Of a stretch of DNA of 64,000 nucleotides, positions 36,921 through 46,326 are shown piece by piece. Every line of letters starts with the position of its first letter. The first letter of the stretch is position 1. The notes under the pieces are model-generated. The model searched no databases, was not told the DNA's origin, and saw nothing but the letters and a program-made list of their open reading frames with translations. This DNA is from an uncultured Rhodoferax sp. (GTDB lineage: Bacteria > Pseudomonadota > Gammaproteobacteria > Burkholderiales > Burkholderiaceae_C), in the NCBI GenBank assembly GCA_964468905.1, contig CAYXWW010000001.1, positions 1,343 through 65,342 on the forward strand, read 5' to 3'. Both the position numbers and the translations under genes were made by a program.

Positions 36921-36963
36921 AGGTTTTCGCTATATGCAACGAGACGGTACTCTGGGCAGTGGA

Positions 36964-38025
36964 ATGACTTTGGTTTTTCCAGCGGTCAACCAGGCTGCGG
37001 TTGACTACCTTGCAGACGCTCAAGAGCGGGGTGAGCCAGTGATGGCGGCGGCTTCTGCTTTTGGAGTCGGAATTTCATCTGCGTTCGGGCAGTTGGTGCG
37101 CCTTCCCATGATTTATGACCCGGGTTTTGAATCCGAGTTGAAATCACTTATCACTGCACACGGAATTACCCGTGTTTTTTGTCCCGTAGCGGCCGTGCAT
37201 GACTTCATGGCAAAACGCATAGCCTTGCGGGAGTTTCCGCTGTCGCTGATCGGCAAGTCCCCCATTCAGCGTCAGGTTGAGCAGCATCGGGCGTTGATGG
37301 GGCGGACTACTCACTTGCGCAAGTTCGCAAGTGAGTGCGCCGGCGAAGGTGGGTGCATTTCATTGCTTGAAGTGGCGAGCATGCTCAAGCACGCTGCGCA
37401 AATCTACGGCGAGTCTAATGACGACAAGCTGGCGGCAATGGTGGGTATTTTTGCGAGCGCTCCAAAAGGGGATGTCGTGGAAATAGGTTCGCTCATGGGG
37501 CGATCAGCTTTCGTTTTGCAGTTCTTGTCCGAACTTCATCGCACTGGACCGTTGCTGACCGTGGATCCTTGGCAGGCTTTCAATGCTGTTCAGCACGATT
37601 CTCCGGAACAGTTTCAGTCGTTGGTGGATGTGTGGGATTTCGAAGTGCTTGCGCAGGGTTTTGCGGTCAATACTTTGCCGTACGGCATTGGGCGTCACGC
37701 CCATTTGCGAATGGCGTCTGACCAAGGCCACAGTACTTACATGTCAGATGCGTCCATTGTCGGTCTTTCAGGCTCTATCGTCGCATTCAATAGAACCATT
37801 TCCGTCTTGCACATCGATGGTAATCATGACTTTTCCCATGTGGCACGTGACGTGGAGCTTTGGGTTCCACATTTGATGGCGGGTAGTTGGTTGATACTTG
37901 ATGACTACCTATGGGCGCATGGGGACGGCCCTCATCGGGTGGGTGATCGGCTGCTACAGGAGTTAGCAGGCCGTATTGCAAGGGCATTCGTGTGCGGCAA
38001 GGCGCTTTTCGTACGTTTTTCCTGA
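36964..38025 (+). CDS. Class I SAM methyltransferase (Methyltransf_24-like) with extra N-terminal domain
   Basis: VVEIGSLMGRS, LHIDGNH, GSWLILDDY. Confidence 0.82.
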   Translation: MTLVFPAVNQAAVDYLADAQERGEPVMAAASAFGVGISSAFGQLVRLPMIYDPGFESELKSLITAHGITRVFCPVAAVHDFMAKRIALREFPLSLIGKSPIQRQVEQHRALMGRTTHLRKFASECAGEGGCISLLEVASMLKHAAQIYGESNDDKLAAMVGIFASAPKGDVVEIGSLMGRSAFVLQFLSELHRTGPLLTVDPWQAFNAVQHDSPEQFQSLVDVWDFEVLAQGFAVNTLPYGIGRHAHLRMASDQGHSTYMSDASIVGLSGSIVAFNRTISVLHIDGNHDFSHVARDVELWVPHLMAGSWLILDDYLWAHGDGPHRVGDRLLQELAGRIARAFVCGKALFVRFS

Positions 38026-38045
38026 AGCATGTGGGTGGGATAGCA

Positions 38046-39605
38046 ATGACGTATACGTACAATCTTGGACAAGCGTTTCGCTCCATTGCGGCGCAGGAAG
38101 CTCCTGGGCAGGCGTTGAGTTTCCCTGGCGGCGAGTCGTATTCCTACCATAGCCTCGACGCGCTGTCAGATCGTCTTGCTGTAGGCTTGTTGTCGATGGA
38201 CTTGGGCCGCCGAGATGTTGTCGGAATTTTCCACACGAAGACCGTATATGGGTATGCGGCCATGCTCGCCGCGCTCAAGTTGGGCTTGGCTTATGTTAAT
38301 CTGGATGAGCAGAATCCACCCCAGCGACTGCAACTAATCCTCAATACATGTAACCCTAAGTGCATTTTGACAGATGGGGCGTTGCCTCAAGAATTTTGCA
38401 GCAAGCTGTCAATTCATCCTGTGGATCTGAAGAGTTTGGCGGCTCACGAACATAGTGGAATTGAAGTTGTGTTGGATCGCACCGCACAAGTCCTGGGCAG
38501 TGACGTTGCCTACGTCATGTTCACTTCTGGTTCAACTGGGGTGCCCAAAGGTGTAGCGATTTCTCATCGTAGCGTACTGAATCTCATCGATTGGGCGCGG
38601 GACAGATTTGAGATTACGCGAGACGATGTTCTGACCAACGTCAATCCGATGTATTTTGACAATTCGGTCTTTGATTTTTATTCCGCACTGTTCAACGGTG
38701 CGACGCTCGCAGTATTTAATCGGGCGTTGGTTGCGCAGCCTGCACAGTTGGTTGCAGCCGTAGATGAATTGAAGTGTACGTTGTGGTTTTCAGTTCCGTC
38801 CATGCTGATTTACCTCGTGACTTTAAAGCAGATCAAGCCGACATCATGGTCTCGAATCCGCAGCGTGGCGTTTGGCGGAGAGGGCTACCCGATCGGGGAG
38901 CTCCGAAAGTTGCGCGTCGCCTTGGGTGAGAAAGTCCAATTATTCAACGTGTATGGGCCAACTGAGTGCACTTGTATATGTTCTGCCCACTTGCTGACCA
39001 CCGCTGAAATGGACATCGCCGATGGATTAACATCTCTGGGTCGGCTAGCTCCAAACTTTAACTACCTGATCCTGGGTGATGATGGGCTGCCAGTTACCAA
39101 AGGGGTAGCAGGGGAGCTATGCCTGATGGGGCCACAAGTGGCAGCTGGATATTTCAATGATTTAGTACGGACGGAACAGAGTTTTGTCTTGAATCCATTT
39201 AACGTTGCCTATGCTGAGCGCATGTACAAGTGTGGAGATTTGGTGCGGGAAGATACAGAGGGTCGGTTGTGGTTCGTTGGCCGCAAAGATAACCAGATAA
39301 AGCACATGGGTTACCGCATTGAACTGGAGGAAGTTGAGGCTGCGTTGCTGGACTTGCAGGGAGTCTCAGAGGCTGTGGCATTGTACGAACGGGTACGTGA
39401 ACAACATGGGCGCATCATCGCCTTCGTTGCTGGAGAAGGGCCTTTCCCCGATGGACAGGCAATGCGTGCCTCGTTGAAAAATAGTTTGCCGGACTACATG
39501 ATTCCTGCAGCAATCACGACTCTGGAAGTCCTGCCCAAGAACGCAAACGGCAAGGTGGATCGCAAATCTCTTGCTCAGTTCATCCGCACACAGGGTGCTA
39601 GCTAG
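38046..39605 (+). CDS. Stand-alone amino-acid adenylation enzyme (DltA-like)
   Basis: YVMFTSGSTGVPKG, FDNSV, NVYGPTE, GELCLMG, YKCGDL, GRKDNQIKHMGYRIEL, NGKVDR. Confidence 0.92.
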   Translation: MTYTYNLGQAFRSIAAQEAPGQALSFPGGESYSYHSLDALSDRLAVGLLSMDLGRRDVVGIFHTKTVYGYAAMLAALKLGLAYVNLDEQNPPQRLQLILNTCNPKCILTDGALPQEFCSKLSIHPVDLKSLAAHEHSGIEVVLDRTAQVLGSDVAYVMFTSGSTGVPKGVAISHRSVLNLIDWARDRFEITRDDVLTNVNPMYFDNSVFDFYSALFNGATLAVFNRALVAQPAQLVAAVDELKCTLWFSVPSMLIYLVTLKQIKPTSWSRIRSVAFGGEGYPIGELRKLRVALGEKVQLFNVYGPTECTCICSAHLLTTAEMDIADGLTSLGRLAPNFNYLILGDDGLPVTKGVAGELCLMGPQVAAGYFNDLVRTEQSFVLNPFNVAYAERMYKCGDLVREDTEGRLWFVGRKDNQIKHMGYRIELEEVEAALLDLQGVSEAVALYERVREQHGRIIAFVAGEGPFPDGQAMRASLKNSLPDYMIPAAITTLEVLPKNANGKVDRKSLAQFIRTQGAS

Positions 39606-40345
39606 AGCGTAAGCCCCCCGTTGATCTCCAGCACGGTTCCATTGACATAGTCGTTTTCTGCTGCGAAAACAACAGCCTGTGCGATGTCTTTGATTTGCCC
39701 CAAACGCCGCAGAGGTACCTTGGCCACCCAGGCTCTGAGCCGATCGTCCGTCATGGCGCCATGTGTGGTGGGTGTGTCGATGAACCCTGGAGCAATCGCC
39801 ACACAACGGATGCCCAAAGCACCAAGTTCCTTGGACCAGGTGACTGTGAGCGCATTGACGCCGGCCTTTGCTGCCGAGTAGGCACTCTGTCCTGCATTGC
39901 CAGCGGCCGCCACGGAGCTGATGTTGACAATGAGTCCTTTTGTTCTGGACTTTGCCATCCACTCGATGGCATGGCTGCCCATCACGAAGGTTGTTGTCAA
40001 ATTGGCGCGTATGACCTTGTGCCAAGCAGCGTGGTCGTGCAGGCCTGCGGTTTTGTTCATGAGGTTGAAAACGGGACTGCTATAAATCCAGCCAGCGGCA
40101 TTGACGACCAAGTCTAGGCGCCCATATAACTCCTTCAGCCGATCCAGCGCGTGCTTGACTTCGTCCGGGTTAGCAACATCACAGGTCCAGCCAGTCGGGT
40201 TTGCGTTCCCGGAGTGTTCCGGAGCAAGCGGGCCTGTATCCAGAATGACCACCCGGCACCCCCGAGTAACCAACTCCTGAGCAATGCCGAGGCCGATGTT
40301 TTGCGCACCACCTGTTACGACAGCGACTGCGTCTTGGAGATTCAT
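39602..40345 (-). CDS. SDR family oxidoreductase (FabG-like)
   Basis: VTGGAQNIG, VNAAG, NISS, YSAAK, PGFIDT. Confidence 0.92.
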   Translation of the reverse strand: MNLQDAVAVVTGGAQNIGLGIAQELVTRGCRVVILDTGPLAPEHSGNANPTGWTCDVANPDEVKHALDRLKELYGRLDLVVNAAGWIYSSPVFNLMNKTAGLHDHAAWHKVIRANLTTTFVMGSHAIEWMAKSRTKGLIVNISSVAAAGNAGQSAYSAAKAGVNALTVTWSKELGALGIRCVAIAPGFIDTPTTHGAMTDDRLRAWVAKVPLRRLGQIKDIAQAVVFAAENDYVNGTVLEINGGLTL

Positions 40346-40575
40346 TCGATTGCCAATCCCTTAGCTTTGAGAATGTTCGCAATCGTCTGGATCGACTGCA
40401 TATCAGCAATTTCGTCGCCTTCCAGGTTAATGCTGTAGTGTTGCTCAATGGTAAGGATGACATCCATGTGCGCCAACGAGTCCCAAGCGTCCGTATCTTC
40501 CATGGAGCTTGTGTCCAGAACAACTATTGCTGGGACGTTCAGAGCACGAGCGACTAATTGCTTGAGTTGTTGCAT
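40342..40575 (-). CDS. Acyl carrier protein
   Basis: 77 aa, acidic, phosphopantetheine site WDSLAH; ATGA-coupled to the SDR gene. Confidence 0.88.
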   Translation of the reverse strand: MQQLKQLVARALNVPAIVVLDTSSMEDTDAWDSLAHMDVILTIEQHYSINLEGDEIADMQSIQTIANILKAKGLAIE

Positions 40576-40680
40576 ATGCTTAACTTTGAGGATTTAATGA
40601 AAATGTGCTATCTCGGAGTATTCGTGCCCAAGCACTTGGAGAATGACCAATAGCATATCAGCAAGCGATTGAAGAGGCGA

Positions 40681-41799
40681 TCAAGTTCCCAAGGACCGAA
40701 TGCAGCCCACGATGCGCTCGACTGTCGAAAGGTTTAGTTCGGGATAAATAGGTAAGCAGAGTACCTTATTTGCGATGTCTGTTGCGATAGGCAAGTGGCT
40801 TTCGCTCGAGGATGGAAACTCCCGGTACATCGGGAAAGCGCTGATCAGTGGATAAAAATAGCGCCGAGTGTGTATGCCGTGTTCTTTAAGTTTCAAGTAC
40901 AGGTCATCGCGCGAAGCTGCATAAGGCGGTTGAATAAGGATCGGGAAGTACGAGAAGTTCCTCTGAATGCCGGCCGGAATTGCTACGCAATCGATGCCAA
41001 GTACTCCGGATAATCCCTTCCGGTACCAATTGTCGACCTGCGCGCGCTTGTCAATCACGCGTGGCATGTGTTTTATCTGTAGTAGCCCCATAGCTGACTG
41101 CACCTCGCTCATCTTGCCATTGATGCCCGGGGCTACCACCTCTGTTTCATTCACAAACCCAAAATTTTTGAGGTCGTCAATATGCTGTTTTGTCTGAAGG
41201 TCATGGCAAACGATGGCACCACCCTCGAATGTGTTGAAAACCTTTGTTGCATGGAAACTCAGCACCGAAAGATCGCCGTGGCGCAAAACAGAACCGCCAG
41301 TATCAGTCGCACCAAACGCATGTGCGGCATCATAGATAACTTTTAGTTCGTTGCGTTGAGCTATTTCATCTATTCGTTTTACGTCACACGGTGTTCCGTA
41401 CACGTGCACAGGAAGAATGGCTCTGGTCTGTGGTGTGATGGCCGCTTCAATTTGTTCGGGGTCTAGGTTAAGCGTGACAGGGTCAATGTCGACGAAGACC
41501 GGCTTAATGCCGTTCCACATCAGAGAATGTGCGGTGGCAACAAACGAATATGGGGTAGTGATTACTTCACCTGTTATCCGCAAAGCCTGAAGCGCAGTGA
41601 CCAATGCTAAAGTGCCGTTGGTGAATAGCGACAGATACTCAACCCCTAAATATTCGCACAACGCTGTCTCCAACTGCTGGTGGAAGGGGCCGCCGTTGGT
41701 CAATAGCCTGGTCGTCCAGATTTGCTCCAGGTACGGAATAAACTCTTCCAAAGGCGGGAGATACGGTCGGGTAACAAAAATTGGAGAGTCAGTGCTCAT
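40681..41799 (-). CDS. vioA: DegT/DnrJ sugar aminotransferase, VioA-like (dTDP-4-amino-4,6-dideoxy-glucose transaminase)
   Basis: IFVTRPYLPPLEEF, YDAAHAFG, SFHATKVFNTFEGG, GINGKMSE, RRYFYP. Confidence 0.88.
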   Translation of the reverse strand: MSTDSPIFVTRPYLPPLEEFIPYLEQIWTTRLLTNGGPFHQQLETALCEYLGVEYLSLFTNGTLALVTALQALRITGEVITTPYSFVATAHSLMWNGIKPVFVDIDPVTLNLDPEQIEAAITPQTRAILPVHVYGTPCDVKRIDEIAQRNELKVIYDAAHAFGATDTGGSVLRHGDLSVLSFHATKVFNTFEGGAIVCHDLQTKQHIDDLKNFGFVNETEVVAPGINGKMSEVQSAMGLLQIKHMPRVIDKRAQVDNWYRKGLSGVLGIDCVAIPAGIQRNFSYFPILIQPPYAASRDDLYLKLKEHGIHTRRYFYPLISAFPMYREFPSSSESHLPIATDIANKVLCLPIYPELNLSTVERIVGCIRSLGT

Positions 41800-42032
41800 G
41801 CAAACAACGCTAACAAATTCAAGGGATCTTAGAAACTGCCTTCACCAGCGTGCTAAGAGATGCGATGCTTCGCACGTTCACGTGGCAAGCTTCTGCGTAA
41901 CCCACTATGCTAACAGCTTGTTCGACACTCCCCATGCGTTTCGTACAATTCAACAATAGCCCGACGACCAGCCCAGTCGAGATGAAGAGTATTGCTTAGC
42001 CCTTCTCGGAGTGGCCTATATCGCTAATAGCC

Positions 42033-43442
42033 GTGTTTACTCCCATTCACTTCAAATATCGCTTGACGCCCAATCCAGACGACATCTTTCGTCGTGCGCT
42101 TGGGGCACACCAAACGGGCGACTTGCCATTGGCAAGGAGTTTGTATGCCGAGGTTCTACGATACCGTCCTGAGCATTTGGATGCACTGCATTTTTTAGGG
42201 GTTGCCGAAGGAGCACTGGGTAATTCGCAGTTAGCGCTGCAATATATTCAGCAGGCAATCAAACTTTCGCCCACAAATGCTGCATGTCATTTGAACCTTG
42301 GCAACATTTACAAAGATGTCGCGCAGTTGGAATTGGCTATTGCAAGCTACTTGCGCGCGATCGAATTGCGACCCACGTATCACATGGCGTATTGCAACTT
42401 GGGTGCAATTCAGGAGCAACTGGGCGAGTTTGACAAGGCGATCGAATCCTATGACCATGCACTTACTTTGGCTCCTGGTTATCCAGATGCCACTTGGAAC
42501 CGAGGAGCCTTGGCGCTCCTGTTAGGCGACTATGCCACGGGATGGGTTTTGTGCGAATCTCGTTGGGGCGTGAAGGCCCATCAAATGGCGCAAAAAGAGG
42601 TTTCAGGAATCAGGTGGACTGGTCAAGAACCCATTGCAGACAAGCAGATCTTAATTTTTGCTGAACAAGGTTTGGGTGACTCCATTCAATTTTGTCGGTA
42701 TGGACTAATGCTGCAGCAATTGGGTGCGAAAGTCGTCCTGCAAGTACCAAGGACGCTAAAAAAACTACTCCAGACGCTGTCTAACACAATCAACGTAATA
42801 GGGTATGACGAGCAACCGCCTGAGTGCGACTACTACTGCCCAATGGGTAGTCTCCCAATGGCGTTTGGCACGACGTTGGAAACTATCCCATCGTACAGGG
42901 CATATTTGCATGCGCCCTTGGAGAATAATCAACCATGGGGCGAGCGAATACCTGATGACACAAAGCCGCACATTGGCTTGGTCTGGAGAGGAAATCCTGA
43001 GCACTTCAATGACCGCAATCGGAGTATTAACTTAAAAACTCTCCTATCTGTATTGCCCCAAAACTGCAATTACGTTTGTTTGCAAGTGGAAGTGAATCGC
43101 GACGACCAAGAGGCATTGTCAGCACATCCGAATATCTTCAAAGGCAGTAAGTCTTTTCAAGATTTTGCAGACACGGCGGCAGTATGCGCAAACTTGGATG
43201 GGGTGGTAACCGTTGACACTAGCGTGGCGCATTTGGCGGGTGCACTGGGCATTCCAACCTTGGTCTTAATCCCATTCGTGCCTGATTGGCGTTGGCTCCT
43301 AGGAAGGGATGACAGCCCTTGGTATCCGACTGTACGGTTGTATCGACAAAAAGTCCGAGGCGACTGGTCGGGCGCATTGGTTAAGTTAGCGGAAGAATTA
43401 AAAAGTATTCACCCTGGTGATAGGCCGGAATCTAAGCATTGA
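42033..43442 (+). CDS. TPR + GT9-like glycosyltransferase
   Basis: TPRs; EQGLGDSIQFCRY, IGLVWRGNP...DRNRS, DFADTAA, VDTSVAHLAGALG, WRW...SPWYP. Confidence 0.88.
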   Translation: MFTPIHFKYRLTPNPDDIFRRALGAHQTGDLPLARSLYAEVLRYRPEHLDALHFLGVAEGALGNSQLALQYIQQAIKLSPTNAACHLNLGNIYKDVAQLELAIASYLRAIELRPTYHMAYCNLGAIQEQLGEFDKAIESYDHALTLAPGYPDATWNRGALALLLGDYATGWVLCESRWGVKAHQMAQKEVSGIRWTGQEPIADKQILIFAEQGLGDSIQFCRYGLMLQQLGAKVVLQVPRTLKKLLQTLSNTINVIGYDEQPPECDYYCPMGSLPMAFGTTLETIPSYRAYLHAPLENNQPWGERIPDDTKPHIGLVWRGNPEHFNDRNRSINLKTLLSVLPQNCNYVCLQVEVNRDDQEALSAHPNIFKGSKSFQDFADTAAVCANLDGVVTVDTSVAHLAGALGIPTLVLIPFVPDWRWLLGRDDSPWYPTVRLYRQKVRGDWSGALVKLAEELKSIHPGDRPESKH

Positions 43443-43488
43443 CCTGCCAGATTTAGCTTTTTTGAATTTTTACAAATTGGTAGATCAA

Positions 43489-44335
43489 ATGGTCGAAAAC
43501 AAAAATATAATAAATTTTCATTTCACACTGCCTGCGCCAGACCAGAGCGGACGGGCTATTGCAAATACAGCTGAACTGCAGCACATTGCTAGCGGATTCG
43601 ATACCCTCTCGAAGTGCCGTTATGGTTGGATGCTTTACCACAGTAGGGGTCAGTACGTTGGTGGTTCATTGCAAAGTATGGTGAATTCTCCGAAGGAGAA
43701 GTGGAAATGTTTCGAAAGGTGCTGCAGTCAGGCTATGTCGTTATTGAAGCGGGGGGCAATTTTGGTACGCATACTGTGGCCATTGCACAAATCGTAGGTG
43801 ATGTTGGATGTGTCTTCGCTTTTGAGCCACAACGGTTGGTTTATCGGGTGCTGGTGGCCAATGCAGTGATCAATTCACTCTCAAACGTGACGGCGGTGCA
43901 TGCCGGACTGGGTGCATTGCTCGGCTCTATTAAGGTTCCAATTCTTAACCCAACCAAAGGACTCAATTTCGACAGTTTCAGACTTGGACAATTCGATACA
44001 GGTGAAAATGTTCCGATTCAAACGATTGATAGTCTGGATTTGAATCGATGCCGCTTGATTAAAGTGGATGTGGAAGGAATGGAGTGCGAGGTTTTGGAAG
44101 GTGCCCACAATACGATTGAACGCCTCAGACCCTTGCTTTAATCATGTCATTTGGTAACAGGTTGTGGTGGCATTTGCCCGATATGTTCAATTCCAATAAT
44201 TTTCGAGGCGACAACGGAAACTTGTTCGAGGGTATTATTTCGGTAAATATGTTGTGTGCCCCGAAAGAGTTAGAAGCAAAGGTTGATTTGCCAGAGATTC
44301 AGACAGTTTTAAATGGCTGGCAGAATGCTTGTTAG
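43489..44335 (+). pseudogene. FkbM family methyltransferase, disrupted
   Basis: Three frames carry consecutive parts: CRYGWMLY...YVGGSLQ / YGEFSEGEVEMF...EAGGNFGTH...IKVDVEGME...RPLL* / MSFGNRLWWHLPDMFN...SVNMLC. One-base shift near 43675; stop plus apparent deletion near 44140. Start uncertain. Confidence 0.8.
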
Positions 44336-44406
44336 GGTAACAGTAATGGCTTGCGGATGTTTCAGTCGGCAATGCTGACCGTGTCGGTCATTAGGCTCAA
44401 AATACC

Positions 44407-46326
44407 ATGACTTCAGTTAACCAGAAGGGTGCAACCCCATTGGTACCCGTGGAGCGATTGCAAGAGCAAATCCAAGCCACCTTCAACGAAGCGCATGTGC
44501 AACACCAAAGAGGCCAGCTTCAGCAAGCACTGGCCCTGTATGAAGCTGTGCTGAAGGCGCAGCCGCAGCATGTGCAGGCGCTATATTTTCTGGGGCTGTT
44601 GCACGCGCAGTCGGGAAGATTTCAAGTCGCGGCTGACCTGTTCGCAAGGGCAATCAACGTCATTCCAGACAATGCAGAGCTTCAATTTTATTTGGGAAAC
44701 TGTTTTCAACAACTTGGAAAGCTTGAAGCAGCTGTTGACGCGTACGACAAAGCCATAGGTCTCAAGCCAGATTTCTCGCAAGCACACGCCAATCGCGGAT
44801 TTGCTTTGCAGGCACTCACCCGTTTTGCGCATGCTGTAGCCAGTTACAAGCAGGCAATTGCGATCTCCGCCTCCGACCCGTTGGTTCACTGCAATTTGGC
44901 TGCGGCGCTACTAGAGTTGCGGCAGTTTGAGGCGGCACTTGTCAGTTGCGAAAAAGCACTTGCTCTCAAGCCGGAGTATGCCGAGGCCCTTTGCAATCGG
45001 GGCGCTGCGTTAGTTGGGGTCCAGCAATATGAGGCGGCCATTGCCAGTTATGACAAGGCGATTGGTATAAACCCCGCCTATGCAAAGGCTTACACCGGTC
45101 GGGGCCTGGCATTGCATGAAGTAGGGCGGCTGGTACCCGCGTTAGAAAGTCACAATAAGGCGATTGCGGCCCAACCCGGCTTCGCTGATGCCTACTCCAA
45201 TCGTGGCATCACCTTGCATGCTCTGAAACGGCTGAAAGAAGCTGTGGCCAGCTACGACAAAGCCATCGCCCTCAGGCCCGCCTTCGTCGCCGCGTATTAC
45301 AACCGAGGTTTGGCGTTCCACGAACGGAGGCAGTTCGATGCCGCGATTGCGAGTTATGACCAGGCTACGGCTATAGACCCAACTTGCGCACAGGCCCATT
45401 TCAATAAGTCGTTGACACTGTTGTTGGCGGGTGACTTTGGGCAAGGTTGGCTGTTGTACGAATGGCGCTGGAAGACTGACAAGAGTAAAAACCGTGTCCG
45501 AAACTTTGAACAGCCCCTCTGGCTTGGTATCGAAGCGTTAACCGGGAAGACGGTCCTGCTACACAGCGAGCAAGGGTTTGGCGACACGATTCAATTTAGT
45601 CGTTTTGCCGAAATGGTTGCGGCGCTGGGTGCTCGCGTCATTCTGGAAATTCCCAAACCTCTGTTGGGATTGTTCAGCGGACTTGATGGTGAAATCGCGT
45701 TGGTCGTTACTGGCCAGACAATACCAGAATTTGATTTCCATTGTCCTTTGCTTTCCTTGCCGTTGGCGTTCAAAACGGATGCGTCGTCGATCCCGGCTTC
45801 TCCAGCTTATCTTCGCAGTGATATTGGGAAAGTGACCCAATGGCAGCAACGTCTTGGCACAAAAGTCAAACCACGAGTGGGAGTTGCTTGGAGTGGCAAT
45901 GCAAATCATGCAAATGACCACAACCGCAGTATTGACTTGTCAGTGTTTGCATCGCAGTTGCCATATACCTTCGAATACATCAGTCTACAAAAAGAAGTGC
46001 GACAGTCGGATCAGCTTACGCTGGAAGCGCTCGGCAATATACGCCAATTTGGTGACGCAATTCAGGACTTTGGCGACACGGCTGCACTGTGCGAACTGAT
46101 GGACCTCGTCATCAGCGTTGACACGAGTGTGGCGCATTTGAGTGGCGCGCTCGGTAAGCCCACGTGGGTGCTGCTGCCTTACGTGCCCGATTGGCGCTGG
46201 TTGTTGGATCGTGAAGACAGTCCGTGGTATCCGTCGGTCAGGCTGTACCGGCAAGACAGTGATCGTGAATGGGCGAAAGTCTTGGGTTCGGTGCGGGCTG
46301 AGTTGGCCCGGTTTGTGGCCGGTTAA
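44407..46326 (+). CDS. TPR + GT9-like glycosyltransferase
   Basis: About nine TPRs; EQGFGDTIQFSRF, DFGDTAAL, SVDTSVAHLSGALG, WRWLLDREDSPWYP. Confidence 0.9.
   Translation: MTSVNQKGATPLVPVERLQEQIQATFNEAHVQHQRGQLQQALALYEAVLKAQPQHVQALYFLGLLHAQSGRFQVAADLFARAINVIPDNAELQFYLGNCFQQLGKLEAAVDAYDKAIGLKPDFSQAHANRGFALQALTRFAHAVASYKQAIAISASDPLVHCNLAAALLELRQFEAALVSCEKALALKPEYAEALCNRGAALVGVQQYEAAIASYDKAIGINPAYAKAYTGRGLALHEVGRLVPALESHNKAIAAQPGFADAYSNRGITLHALKRLKEAVASYDKAIALRPAFVAAYYNRGLAFHERRQFDAAIASYDQATAIDPTCAQAHFNKSLTLLLAGDFGQGWLLYEWRWKTDKSKNRVRNFEQPLWLGIEALTGKTVLLHSEQGFGDTIQFSRFAEMVAALGARVILEIPKPLLGLFSGLDGEIALVVTGQTIPEFDFHCPLLSLPLAFKTDASSIPASPAYLRSDIGKVTQWQQRLGTKVKPRVGVAWSGNANHANDHNRSIDLSVFASQLPYTFEYISLQKEVRQSDQLTLEALGNIRQFGDAIQDFGDTAALCELMDLVISVDTSVAHLSGALGKPTWVLLPYVPDWRWLLDREDSPWYPSVRLYRQDSDREWAKVLGSVRAELARFVAG

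Noticed and set aside
38046-40575. NRPS/PKS secondary-metabolite cluster or dlt operon
   Set aside because: No condensation, ketosynthase, thioesterase or DltB/MBOAT gene; the context is nucleotide-sugar tailoring.
41800-42032. Possible attC site or sRNA in the vioA/TPR intergenic region
   Set aside because: It contains TAAC-like words, but I could not find a convincing paired attC structure or terminator.
44700-45420. Periodic DNA similarity that could suggest a CRISPR or tandem array
   Set aside because: It is the ~102-bp periodicity of TPR codons within a CDS; there are no identical repeats with unique spacers and no cas genes.
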